A stretch of 63,719 nt of DNA, counting the filler. It is 8 parts of 8 records of this genome, joined end to end, with 100 filler letters (N's around TTAATTAATTAA, not from the genome) between each part and the next. Parts side by side here need not be neighbours in the genome. Positions count along the whole stretch, not along the records: positions 22,322 to 33,128 come from SRR31156797_14208; positions 33,229 to 38,908 come from SRR31156797_14218; positions 39,009 to 44,588 come from SRR31156797_14222; 5 more parts are not named here. One strand, given 5' to 3'. The notes under the pieces are model-generated. The model worked only from the letters and a program-made list of their open reading frames with translations, did not search any database and was not told where the DNA came from. Within the stretch, counting starts at the first letter, position 1. Each line of letters opens with the position of its first letter. The position numbers and the translations under genes are program-made. Positions 29,318 to 39,037 of the stretch are shown here, piece after piece.

Positions 29318-30613
29318 TTAAGCTAAAAGTTCAATAAACGATTGCTCGTAAAAGAAGTTCGATTCTCCAAATGCCGGTTTAAGATCGTCTAACCAAACGG
29401 CATCAGGATTGTATTTAGCAAAGAAAGGTTTTCCAACCCAGTTTGGATCTCTGCCCTGAAGGAAGTTCAAAACAAAAACCTTTTCTCCGTTAACCTCACT
29501 TACACCAACAATCTGAACCTTTCCGGGATTACAAGACATGCTTGGTCCTTTCACTGTACGACAAATTCCACTAACATGATTATAGGCATTGCGGAATATT
29601 TGCCAGGCACGGTTTAAGGTAACGGCAAAATAATCTTGAGCCCCAGTATCACGGGCAATAAACATATAATAAGGTATAACACCTTGTCTTACTTGTTCTT
29701 TCCAGTTTTCTACCCAAAGCTGACTATTATCGTTTATGTTTCTTAAAAGCGGAGATTGCGATCGAATCTGAACACCAGCACCAATTAAGCGTTGTATCGC
29801 TTTTTGAACCGCAACCGTTTTTAATTCGGCAGGGTGATTAAAATGAGCCATTAAAGCTACGTTTATCCCTTGTTTTTTTACTTTCTCGAATAAACGCAGT
29901 AAATCATCCGCATCGTCATCAGTAGTGTATCTATATGGCCAGTATGCTAACGATTTTGTACCAATTCTAATGTTCTTCAGATTGGGAAGATCTGCTTCGA
30001 GTAAAGCATTAAAATAAGTCTCGAAAAATTTGGTTTTCATTACAGCGGGATCACCACCGGTAAATAATACATCGCTAACATGCGGATTCGCTTTCAGGTA
30101 TTCAACCATTGTATCCGCTTCTTTCATGGCAAACTTAAAATCGTTTAAAGCAAACTGTGGCCACCGAAAACAAAATGTACAATAAGCATGACATGTTTGA
30201 CCTTGAGTTGGAAAAAACAACATGGTTTCGCGGTACTTATGCTGTATCCCGGTTAACTTTTTTCCTTCAAAAACCGGAACATTACTTTCTTGTCCTGCAG
30301 GATTCGGATTTAATTTAAGCCTTATTTGGGTTACCTCGTCCTGAATTACTTTACGAGGAGTATTTTTACGTAATAATGAAGCAACTTTATTAAAGCTTTC
30401 TTCATCCAGCATTTCTTTTTGTGGGAAGTTTAAAATAAAAAACGGATCTCTTTCAAAATTCTTCCAATCAATTAATTCATCTACAACATAATTATCGGTT
30501 TTAAATGGCAATACCGTACCCACAACCTCAATTTCCATTTTCTTTTCTTCCGAAAGAAATTCCATTTGCGGTATTTGCCTAAAATTATGAAGAGAATAAG
30601 GTTTATATATCAT
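29318..30613 (-). CDS. KamA-family radical SAM (lysine 2,3-aminomutase-like) enzyme
   Basis: HKYRET, CHAYCTFCFR, DVLFTGGDP, HFNHPAEL and PYYMF motifs. Likely start is MIYKPY; the 79 extra ORF-track codons span a TACCTTTG promoter element. Confidence 0.88.
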   Translation of the reverse strand: MIYKPYSLHNFRQIPQMEFLSEEKKMEIEVVGTVLPFKTDNYVVDELIDWKNFERDPFFILNFPQKEMLDEESFNKVASLLRKNTPRKVIQDEVTQIRLKLNPNPAGQESNVPVFEGKKLTGIQHKYRETMLFFPTQGQTCHAYCTFCFRWPQFALNDFKFAMKEADTMVEYLKANPHVSDVLFTGGDPAVMKTKFFETYFNALLEADLPNLKNIRIGTKSLAYWPYRYTTDDDADDLLRLFEKVKKQGINVALMAHFNHPAELKTVAVQKAIQRLIGAGVQIRSQSPLLRNINDNSQLWVENWKEQVRQGVIPYYMFIARDTGAQDYFAVTLNRAWQIFRNAYNHVSGICRTVKGPSMSCNPGKVQIVGVSEVNGEKVFVLNFLQGRDPNWVGKPFFAKYNPDAVWLDDLKPAFGESNFFYEQSFIELLA

Positions 30614-30861
30614 CTCACTAAAGTTTTTAATGGGAACCATTGCATATAACCTGCAAAATTGAACACACAACATTAAGTATTCGCCTTTGGAATAAATCGT
30701 GCTGTTCTTCCTCCCATAGGATATTAAAGAACTACTATAGTTAACTGTTTGTTTTCCCGTGGTGAACCTTAAGATTTCACCGATTTTTAAAAGCCCCACA
30801 AAGGTAACAAAAAGGGGAAATGAAAAAAATGTTTTACAATTCCCTAACAATTCCCTCAGAA

Positions 30862-32289
30862 TCAGCCAGATAGCTTTTCAAGCCGACTAGCATCGAGCCG
30901 GATAAAGATAAATAGCAATATTGTAAACGACCATAAAGAAGAACCACCATAACTAAAAAAAGGTAGTGGGATTCCGATTACGGGCATCATGCCAATCGTC
31001 ATTCCAATGTTTACCATAAAATGAAAAAACAGAATTACTGCCACTGAATATCCATAAATGCGTGAGAATTTTGATCGTTGACGTTCGGCCAGCCAGATCA
31101 ATCGCATCAAAAAAACCATAAACAACAGTATAATGATAAAAGTCCCCATGAATCCCCATTCCTCGCCAACCGTGCAAAAAATAAAGTCGGTACTTTGTTC
31201 GGGCACAAAATCATATTTTGTTTGCGTTCCCATTAAATAACCTTTACCCCACAAACCTCCTGAACCAATTGCTATTTTACTCTGATAGACATGATAACCG
31301 GCACCCTGTGGGTTAAATTCAATACCCAGTAATTCCTCAATTCGGTCCTGTTGATAGTCAGATAACACATTTTCAAAACCATAATCCACAGATAGTGTAA
31401 ATAAAACAGAGCCGATAAAAATTATGGCAATCTTGGTATAATTAGGTATTTTGTTTATGATACTCTTAAAAAGAATATAAAGAGAACCTAAAACACTACC
31501 AGCTAAGATAAAATATGCAAGTTCATAATCAGGTTTAAGAATTAATCCCAAACTTATACCCACACCAACAGTAACGGTAAAAACGATGAATGTTTGGAAA
31601 AACTGTTTTAGTTTTGGATTAAAAATTAAGAACATAAATATTGCCACACCCAACATTAGTATAGCCAATGTCAGGGTAGGTAAAATTAAAGCCAATACGA
31701 ACAGAATGGCAATTAATGTTCCAAAAAACAGTACTACCCCTGAAAGGCCTTCGCGGTATAAAACCAAAACAAAAGAAAAATAAACCAATGCAGATCCGGT
31801 ATCATTTTGAAGTAATATAAACACTACCGGAGTAAAAATAATTGCCGCAACAATTAACAGCGACCTTATTTCCAGCAATTTAAAACCATGCGAGCTCATA
31901 TACCGGGCTAATGCCAACGCGGTAGCAAACTTGGCCAATTCCGAAGGTTGGAAAAGTATTCCTCCAAACGAGAACCACGATTTTGCGCCATTAATTTCCT
32001 TCCCAATAAATAAAACCAGTATTAACAGAAATATTAAAACACCATATATAATGAAGGAAAAGAACACATAAAAATTAACCTCAATTAACATTATGGTAAG
32101 CGCCAGAATTGCTGCTGCTCCAATCCACATCAATTGCTTTCCATATTGCTGCGACATATCGAAGATGCTCTGGTGTTCATCGTTGTACAAAGCGGCATAA
32201 ATATTTAACCACCCCAAAAGTACCATAAGTAAATAGAGCAATACAATTACCCAGTCAGTATTAGCCCATATGTTGCTTCGTCGTTGCAT
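30862..32289 (-). CDS. rodA: Rod shape-determining SEDS protein
   Basis: GAKSW, FQPSELAK, QNDTGSAL, AIGSGG, PEQSTDFIF and SYGGSS motifs. Confidence 0.96.
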   Translation of the reverse strand: MQRRSNIWANTDWVIVLLYLLMVLLGWLNIYAALYNDEHQSIFDMSQQYGKQLMWIGAAAILALTIMLIEVNFYVFFSFIIYGVLIFLLILVLFIGKEINGAKSWFSFGGILFQPSELAKFATALALARYMSSHGFKLLEIRSLLIVAAIIFTPVVFILLQNDTGSALVYFSFVLVLYREGLSGVVLFFGTLIAILFVLALILPTLTLAILMLGVAIFMFLIFNPKLKQFFQTFIVFTVTVGVGISLGLILKPDYELAYFILAGSVLGSLYILFKSIINKIPNYTKIAIIFIGSVLFTLSVDYGFENVLSDYQQDRIEELLGIEFNPQGAGYHVYQSKIAIGSGGLWGKGYLMGTQTKYDFVPEQSTDFIFCTVGEEWGFMGTFIIILLFMVFLMRLIWLAERQRSKFSRIYGYSVAVILFFHFMVNIGMTIGMMPVIGIPLPFFSYGGSSLWSFTILLFIFIRLDASRLEKLSG

Positions 32290-33128
32290 TAATCTAATAA
32301 ATTTGGATTATTCGGATCAAGCAGAACAGCCTTCATCATTTCTTCTTCATACTTCAACCTGTTGCTGGCAATTGTATCGTTTAGGTACTTCTCTATGATT
32401 AAACTAGCGATGGGAGCAGCATAACTTGCTCCCCATTTGCTATGCTCCACATAAACATAAAGAGCAATCTTAGGATTTTCTGCCGGTGCAAATGCAATAT
32501 AGGCTCCATGATCAATACCTTGGTTGTTTTGAATGGTTCCGGTTTTTCCACAATAATCTATTCCCGGAATGTTTCGGTTTAAACGTGCTTTTGTTACCTG
32601 CTCCATTCCTTTGTAAACAGGATCGAAATGCCTTGCTTCAATTCCGCTTTCATGCCTAATTTTAATGCTGGAACCTACTGTGTCGTTCTTAATTTTTTTA
32701 ATTACATGTGGTTGGTAATAATATCCTTTATTGGCCAAAATTGCTGCACAATTTGCCATTTGCAAAGGAGTTGCTCCCAATTCCCCCTGTCCAATTGCAA
32801 GAGACCGGATAGTCAGAGCTCTCCACCAGGTTCCATGGTGTTTTTTATTGTAAAATTCAACAGTAGGTCTTAATCCGGGATTTTCGTTATAAAATTCTTT
32901 TCCAACTTTAGCTCCCAATCCAAACCGTTCTACATAATTGCTCCATACTGTAAAACCTTCAGCAGTCGTTTTATATTTCTCAATCGTATTTCGGAATGTT
33001 TGCCACAAAAATGGATTACACGATTCCCTCACTGCATCTACAACACTTGCCGGAGAAACATGATCGTGCGTACATCTTATGGGCTGAGAAGCTTTCCCGT
33101 TACAAGTATACCTACTATAGGTATTGAT
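32289..33128 (-). CDS. mrdA: Penicillin-binding protein 2, C-terminal part (5'-truncated)
   Basis: SCN (SxN), AIGQGELGATPLQMA and GKTGT motifs. Directly upstream of rodA. Confidence 0.93.
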   Translation of the reverse strand: MNTYSRYTCNGKASQPIRCTHDHVSPASVVDAVRESCNPFLWQTFRNTIEKYKTTAEGFTVWSNYVERFGLGAKVGKEFYNENPGLRPTVEFYNKKHHGTWWRALTIRSLAIGQGELGATPLQMANCAAILANKGYYYQPHVIKKIKNDTVGSSIKIRHESGIEARHFDPVYKGMEQVTKARLNRNIPGIDYCGKTGTIQNNQGIDHGAYIAFAPAENPKIALYVYVEHSKWGASYAAPIASLIIEKYLNDTIASNRLKYEEEMMKAVLLDPNNPNLLD

Positions 33129-33228
33129 NNNNNNNNNNNNNNNNNNNNNNNNNNNNNNNNNNNNNNNNNNNNTTAATTAATTAANNNNNNNNNNNNNNNN
33201 NNNNNNNNNNNNNNNNNNNNNNNNNNNN

Positions 33229-33255
33229 TAAGTTAGGAGAGGGTTGGGTGAGGTC
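33229..33255. repeat. Partial REP-type palindromic repeat (CCTCACCCAACCCTCTCC family), cut by contig edge
   Basis: TAAGTTAGGAGAGGGTTGGGTGAGGTC resembles widespread intergenic CCCTCTCC/GGAGAGGG repeats. Confidence 0.55.
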
Positions 33256-33257
33256 TG

Positions 33258-33443
33258 TTAAAACACTTTAGCGGTGATTAGCTGAACTTTAAATTTAAAT
33301 CGATCCAAGTTTTAAACGAAAGCAGTTTTGTTTTTTAAATTGCGAAAGAGCAAAACCACAATGATGTTTTTCCATTGTGCATAAATATCAATTAATTAAA
33401 ACACTTTAGCAGTGATTAGCTGAACTTTGAAATTAAATCGATC
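33258..33443 (-). repeat. 48-bp direct repeat: 3' end of the 717-aa gene (33396-33443) recopied at 33258-33305
   Basis: 45/48 identical, offset 138 nt. Confidence 0.95.
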
Positions 33444-35549
33444 TTGAAAATCATATTCGCTTTCAGTAATCATATTTCGTTCAGTTCCATAAAATGGATA
33501 TTCAGCGAAGATGATACGGTTGTCAATGTTGACTTTTAAACCAGTAGCATCATAATTTTCCTGACTTGTAACAAGACCGTTACTATCACTTAAATAAATA
33601 GTAGATTTATTATTTTTTACAAATACAAAAGTTGTATTTCGTAAATGATCCAAATGTTCTTCTCTGCACCCTTTACATCCTACAACACTCTCTGCGCAGA
33701 TTTTGCAGTGCGTATCACCATAAACTCTTGTAAAATTAAAAGTAATAATATCATCTGAAACAGTTCGGATATTTGCTTCTAGTAGTTTGGTGATTTCCAG
33801 TTTATCTACAACTTTGCCTAATTCTTGAAACCCTTCTACTTTTTTTTCATTTAAAATTGTATAATTGTATTTTTTATTACCAGAATAATCTTGTGAGAAA
33901 TAATTTACTACATTTCTTTTTTTCATATCTATTGCGAGATGTTCTTTTTCAACGTATTTACAATGTAAAACCAAATCATTTAACGGCTCATTTCTTCGTC
34001 CAATTTTAATGATTTTATCTCTTCGTATGATTATTTTATAATATCTGTTTTCCAATTTATCATAAATATCTAAATTATAGTTTTCAGACGGAATTTTAAG
34101 GTCTTTTATAAGTGATTGGTATTCCTCTATAAAATAATGATGAATCTTATCTTTTATCTCTTTCCCAATATTTTCATTTTTTAATATCTCACCTTGGAAT
34201 TTCTCAATAGCCCTAAGTTTAGGTAATCCATGTGGTTGAAGAGAAATGACTCTCATCTTCGCTTTAATAGGATTAACAGTACCTTTTAGGGTTTTTAGAG
34301 ATTTAATCTTATCTTTAGTTTCCTCTGATAGTGTTTCGTAGGCTAATATATCGGGATCGATTTCTAAATTCTCGTTTTTACCTTTAAAACTATCAAGGAC
34401 ATTAAATTTCTTTTCATTGATAAGTCTTTCAAATTCAGTTTTTAGTTCAATTTCCATTTTATTTTTAATCATTTCAATACTATCACGTAGTTTTGGAAAT
34501 TTTTCAATATTTCTAAAATTCTTCTGATCGTTTACTATCTCAATTTTTCTTTCAACAGAAAAATCCTCATAATTACGAATTGTTTTTAGGTAAGTAATTA
34601 TCTCTTTTTTAGATTCGGAAGCTATTTCAGCATCTTTGATTGCTGAATTAAGTTTTTCGGATATTAACTGTTGGCTATATTGTTTTACCTGTAGTATAGT
34701 CTCATCGTAATAAGCTATACTATCTATATTTAGTGTTACTGCATTAATTTGATGGATTAACTTTTCTTCTATGAAGTCCTTGATATCTTTTTTTCTTTCC
34801 ATTAGTGTATTATATCTTTCACGCATGTTTTTCACACGAATCTCAATAGAGAGCTTCTTATGGTATAAGTCTAGTAACTCAGAAATTTCTCTTTCACGCC
34901 AATTAATATGACTTTCGAGGAAACATTTGATGGTTTCTCTATCAGTTTCAATCTGCTTGGACAACTGAGTGAATTCAAGAAGAGTTGTAATGTTGAATTT
35001 TTCCTGAATCTTTCTTAAATTTTTCAGCTTAACATCTAATTCAGCATAAGTTGAATATTCTTTATTAAAGTAAGATGTTTGAATCTTTTCAACAACTGCT
35101 GAGAAATTCATTTCAGCAAGAGCTTTAAATTTTACTCTGTTTTTTGAAATCTCCTCGTCTAGCTCTTTTTCTTCTTTGAATAATATAGACTGATTATGAA
35201 ATGAAACTAATGAATCCAAAAAACTAAAGAAGCTGTTGTAGTCATACAACAGTCCTGTAGAGGATATTTTTTCATTTATATCTCGAAATCTATCCTGCCT
35301 GATCTCTATTCTCTTTATTATATTCTTAAGTTTTATTCTATGCTCTTCATTTATCTCTATTGCATCTTGATCACTTCTAAGTTTTATTTTCTTTAAATAA
35401 TTAATTTCAGAGTCAAAATTTTCAATTTTAACCTCATTTTCTTTATTATATAATTTATATTCCTCGTTTTTCATAAGAATTATTTTATAATATTCCTCAA
35501 TAAACTTATCAACAGGAAGCGCTGTTTTAAAAGTTCTGTTAATAATCAT
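33396..35549 (-). CDS. Hypothetical 717-aa protein: long helical region, FHA-like domain and Cys4 cluster
   Basis: E/K/I-rich helical N-terminal two thirds. IKIGRR..LNDLVL..YVEKEHLAI resembles an FHA domain, followed by CKIC-x6-CKGC. Confidence 0.7.
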   Translation of the reverse strand: MIINRTFKTALPVDKFIEEYYKIILMKNEEYKLYNKENEVKIENFDSEINYLKKIKLRSDQDAIEINEEHRIKLKNIIKRIEIRQDRFRDINEKISSTGLLYDYNSFFSFLDSLVSFHNQSILFKEEKELDEEISKNRVKFKALAEMNFSAVVEKIQTSYFNKEYSTYAELDVKLKNLRKIQEKFNITTLLEFTQLSKQIETDRETIKCFLESHINWREREISELLDLYHKKLSIEIRVKNMRERYNTLMERKKDIKDFIEEKLIHQINAVTLNIDSIAYYDETILQVKQYSQQLISEKLNSAIKDAEIASESKKEIITYLKTIRNYEDFSVERKIEIVNDQKNFRNIEKFPKLRDSIEMIKNKMEIELKTEFERLINEKKFNVLDSFKGKNENLEIDPDILAYETLSEETKDKIKSLKTLKGTVNPIKAKMRVISLQPHGLPKLRAIEKFQGEILKNENIGKEIKDKIHHYFIEEYQSLIKDLKIPSENYNLDIYDKLENRYYKIIIRRDKIIKIGRRNEPLNDLVLHCKYVEKEHLAIDMKKRNVVNYFSQDYSGNKKYNYTILNEKKVEGFQELGKVVDKLEITKLLEANIRTVSDDIITFNFTRVYGDTHCKICAESVVGCKGCREEHLDHLRNTTFVFVKNNKSTIYLSDSNGLVTSQENYDATGLKVNIDNRIIFAEYPFYGTERNMITESEYDFQDRFNFKVQLITAKVF

Positions 35550-35932
35550 TGTAATTCCCCCATGAATTATGTAATTTATCTTTCCCTATAGTAAGAGTTT
35601 AACTTATAAAATAGAAAAAAGCCAGTATTTATTAATTTTATTGCTTTAGAGAAATTTTAAAGCTCAGAACTAATCATATTTATTGTTCAAATTTTAGGAA
35701 AATTGGTATAAAAATTTATTACAATTCTTGAAACCAGTTTCCAGGTTTTTTCAATAGTTTATTTTTATTAAATAATTACTATAATTTTGAATAAAATGCC
35801 GAAATAACTCATAGAATTAAGCTATAAAGTTCTATAAAACTAACAAAAACAAGCCTTTGAGTCAAATCGAGGCATCCGAAACTATATCAGAACACAATGT
35901 TGGGAAGTAGTATGAAAAAACTAAAAAAAATA

Positions 35933-35988
35933 TTGACAAACATGAAAAAATGTTGTAAAGTATTATTGTTAGATGTAACTGATTACAT
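35933..35988 (+). promoter_or_regulatory. sigma70 promoter plus LacI-type operator upstream of the lacI-family gene
   Basis: TTGACA-17 nt-TAAAGT (35933-35961). Near-palindrome ATGTAACTGATTACAT (35973-35988) just before the GGAGGTGA RBS. Confidence 0.7.
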
Positions 35989-36006
35989 TTGCGGAGGTGA
36001 GAATTA

Positions 36007-37020
36007 ATGAATATTAAGCAAGTAGCTGAGATATGTAATGTTTCTGTAGCGACTGTTTCCAGAGTAATAAATAAAAAAGGAAATGTTAAGGAAGAGACGA
36101 AAGAAAAAATATTGAAGGTTATTAATGAGTTGGATTATGTTCCAAATGCACTTGCTAGAAATCTTTCCAGAAATGATAGTGATATTATAGGAGTTATAAT
36201 TCCTGATGTTGAGAATGCCTTTTATTTACAATTGATAAAGGGGGTAATGAGTGCAGCAACAGAAAATGGTTTAAACGTTGTATTCTATAGCACGGATGGT
36301 GTTATGGAGAAAGAGATGAAGTATTTAAAACTTCTAAGAGAACAACGAATAAAAGGAGCCGTACTTATTAGTTGTGTTCGTAGAAACCAAGAGGATGCAT
36401 TTAAAGAAAATCTAAAAACATTGGGCGTTCCACTAATTCTGCTAAATAAATTTATTGAAAATGTTCCTTTAGACGGAGTATTTACAGATGATATTATGGC
36501 AGGTTATCTTCTAACAGAAACCTTGATAAATGAAGGTCATAATGAGATAACTCTTGTAACCGGTGCAGTTGATTCAATAGTGGCAAATAACAGATTAAGA
36601 GGTTATAAAAAAGCACTTAAGGATTACAAAATTACTTATGATAAAAAAAACGTTGTATTTGCTGACTTTAACGATGCTGAAAACAGTTACAAAATTATAT
36701 CTGAAGAGTTTAAAGAAAATGTGCCGAAAGCAATTATTACAGGTAACAATAATATAACGATGGCTTGTATGAAAAATTTACGAATAAAGAATTTGAAAAT
36801 TGGTCAGGATATTTCATTAGTAGCATTTGATCAAATATCCGCTCTGGAATGGCTGGGAATTAATCTGACGGTTGTAAGTCAGAATCCATATGAGATGGGA
36901 CATGAAGCTTTTAATATGTTGCTCGAAAGATTAGTTAATCCTGAGATGCCTATTAACAGAGTGCATGTAGTTCCGGAAGTAACGTTAAACGGGTCAGAGA
37001 AGAGTAAGTATAGTCAATAA
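36007..37020 (+). CDS. LacI-family transcriptional regulator
   Basis: NIKQVAEICNVSVATVSRVIN HTH, YVPNALARNL hinge and periplasmic-binding-like domain. Confidence 0.96.
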   Translation: MNIKQVAEICNVSVATVSRVINKKGNVKEETKEKILKVINELDYVPNALARNLSRNDSDIIGVIIPDVENAFYLQLIKGVMSAATENGLNVVFYSTDGVMEKEMKYLKLLREQRIKGAVLISCVRRNQEDAFKENLKTLGVPLILLNKFIENVPLDGVFTDDIMAGYLLTETLINEGHNEITLVTGAVDSIVANNRLRGYKKALKDYKITYDKKNVVFADFNDAENSYKIISEEFKENVPKAIITGNNNITMACMKNLRIKNLKIGQDISLVAFDQISALEWLGINLTVVSQNPYEMGHEAFNMLLERLVNPEMPINRVHVVPEVTLNGSEKSKYSQ

Positions 37021-37150
37021 AATATAATATTAAATATAGTGAAAAAGATTGAGAAAAAAATTAAATTATGATTGTTAATTGAATTTTGGGGAAAAATAGT
37101 TTTCTGAAATAATTGCTAAAGCATCAATTAACTTGAGGAGGAAAGTCAAA

Positions 37151-37765
37151 ATGGCAAACTGGGTAGAATGGTTAGGATATTCTGCATCATTAGTGGTACT
37201 GATCTCATTAACAATGAGTTCGATATTAAAATTAAGATGGATCAACTTAGCAGGATGTATAATGTTCGCAGCATACGGATTCAGAATTGGATCTATTCCA
37301 ACAGGATTTATGAACGTTGGAATCGCGTGTATCAACATTTATTTCTTGTACAAAATTTACACAACAAAAGAAAGTATCAAATTAGTAAAGGCTGAACAAG
37401 ATTCAGAATATCTAAAATATCTATATGATGTAAACAAAGATGATATTACAGCGTTTATGGCTGATTGGGATTTCTACAAATCAACTGATATCTACTATAT
37501 GCTGAGAGATAATAATGCAGCTGGTATTTTAGCAGGTAGAAAGATGGAAGATGGAGAAACATTCTTTATCGATATTGATTATGTAACACCAAAATACAGA
37601 GATTTCAAACTTGGAGCGTTTTTCTTCAATCAAAACTCAAAAGTCCTTAGTGATATGGGTTATAAAAAACTTAAAACAACTAGTGTAAATCAATTACATA
37701 ATAATTATTTAGAAAAAATGGGATTTGTTAAAGATTCTGACGGAATATATTCTAAAACTTTATAA
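37151..37765 (+). CDS. YgjV-like small membrane domain fused to a GNAT-like domain
   Basis: Three N-terminal hydrophobic helices with LRWINLAG. C-terminal IDYVTPKYRDFKLG and YLEKMGF resemble GNAT motifs. Confidence 0.7.
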   Translation: MANWVEWLGYSASLVVLISLTMSSILKLRWINLAGCIMFAAYGFRIGSIPTGFMNVGIACINIYFLYKIYTTKESIKLVKAEQDSEYLKYLYDVNKDDITAFMADWDFYKSTDIYYMLRDNNAAGILAGRKMEDGETFFIDIDYVTPKYRDFKLGAFFFNQNSKVLSDMGYKKLKTTSVNQLHNNYLEKMGFVKDSDGIYSKTL

Positions 37766-37900
37766 TTGATTATTAGAGGTAAACTGGGTAATATTAAATA
37801 TAGTGTAATATATAGTTAAAATATAAAATTAAAAAAATAAGAATTTGTTAATTGGTTTACGGGAAGCAAGTTTTATCAATTAACATAGAGGAGGAGCAAA

Positions 37901-38713
37901 ATGTACGATAGAGTAGCAGAAACAGTTGAATTTTTAAATGAGAAGGTAACATCAAGACCAAAAACAGCAATTATTTTAGGATCAGGACTTGGAGATATGG
38001 TAAACTTCATCGAGGATAAAGTTGAAATTTCATATGAAGAAATTCCTAACTTTCCAGTGTCAACAGTAGCAGGACATGCAGGAAAATTAGTATTTGGTAA
38101 AATCAACGGAGTAGAAGTTTTAGCTATGAAAGGTAGATTCCACTTCTATGAAGGTTACGATATGAAGACTGTTACATATCCTGTATATGTAATGAAACAA
38201 TTCGGAATTGAAAACATCGTTGTAAGTAATGCAGCTGGTGGAATCAATAAAACATTTGAACCTGGAACATTAATGCTAATTACTGATTTCATTAATAACT
38301 TTGGAACTAATCCATTAATGGGGCATAACGACGAGAGATTTGGAGTTAGATTCCCGGATATGTCTGAGGCTTACAGTTTAGAATTAAGAGAAAAAGCAAA
38401 AAAATCTGCTGAAGAATTAGGTATTGAATATAGAGAAGGTGTTTACTTAGGTTGTACAGGTCCATACTATGAAACAGCAGCTGAAATTAGAATGATGGCT
38501 TCTATGGGAGCAGACGCTGTAGGGATGTCGACAGTACCAGAAACAATAGTTGCAAATTACCTGGGAATGAAAGTTTTAGGAATTTCTTGTATAACTAATA
38601 TGGCAACTGGAATTTCAGAAACTAAGCATTCACATGAAGCAGTAGTTGACATTGCAGTTAAAACTGGAGAAAAATTCTGTAAGTGGGTTATAAATACCAT
38701 TGAAAAATTATAA
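37901..38713 (+). CDS. punA: Purine nucleoside phosphorylase (trimeric PNP-I type)
   Basis: ILGSGLG, VAGHAG, GRFHFYEG, GPYYETAAE and VGMSTVPE motifs. Confidence 0.95.
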   Translation: MYDRVAETVEFLNEKVTSRPKTAIILGSGLGDMVNFIEDKVEISYEEIPNFPVSTVAGHAGKLVFGKINGVEVLAMKGRFHFYEGYDMKTVTYPVYVMKQFGIENIVVSNAAGGINKTFEPGTLMLITDFINNFGTNPLMGHNDERFGVRFPDMSEAYSLELREKAKKSAEELGIEYREGVYLGCTGPYYETAAEIRMMASMGADAVGMSTVPETIVANYLGMKVLGISCITNMATGISETKHSHEAVVDIAVKTGEKFCKWVINTIEKL

Positions 38714-39037
38714 TTATTCATGTATAATTAACATATTTGTGTTTGCTTATTAACTAAACAAACGCTTAGTGTGATGTAGGGTTCATGATAGTTAAGTAGT
38801 AAGCATTTTATAGCGATAAAGTTATTTATTAGTAATTTTCTATAAAATGCTTTCAAAAAATTATAAGATTAAATATTGATTTAGGAGGTTATCCGTGAGT
38901 AATTATATNNNNNNNNNNNNNNNNNNNNNNNNNNNNNNNNNNNNNNNNNNNNTTAATTAATTAANNNNNNNNNNNNNNNNNNNNNNNNNNNNNNNNNNNN
39001 NNNNNNNNAAAAATTACGACTTCCGGAGGCTAGTGAC

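Noticed and set aside
30614-30850. 79-aa N-terminal extension of the KamA-like ORF
   Set aside because: Starts at TTG, has no family-like sequence and overlaps a Bacteroidota-type promoter element. More likely untranslated leader.
33258-33443. DGR template/variable repeat pair
   Set aside because: Only one of three mismatches is at a putative template adenine, the repeat is short, and no reverse transcriptase is visible (although the contig ends about 30 nt away).
38719-38894. Purine riboswitch downstream of punA
   Set aside because: TATAAT...ATAT is present but the GTTTCTACC and CCGTAAA core is missing. Only an AT-rich inverted repeat (AAGCATTTTATAG/CTATAAAATGCTT) is seen.
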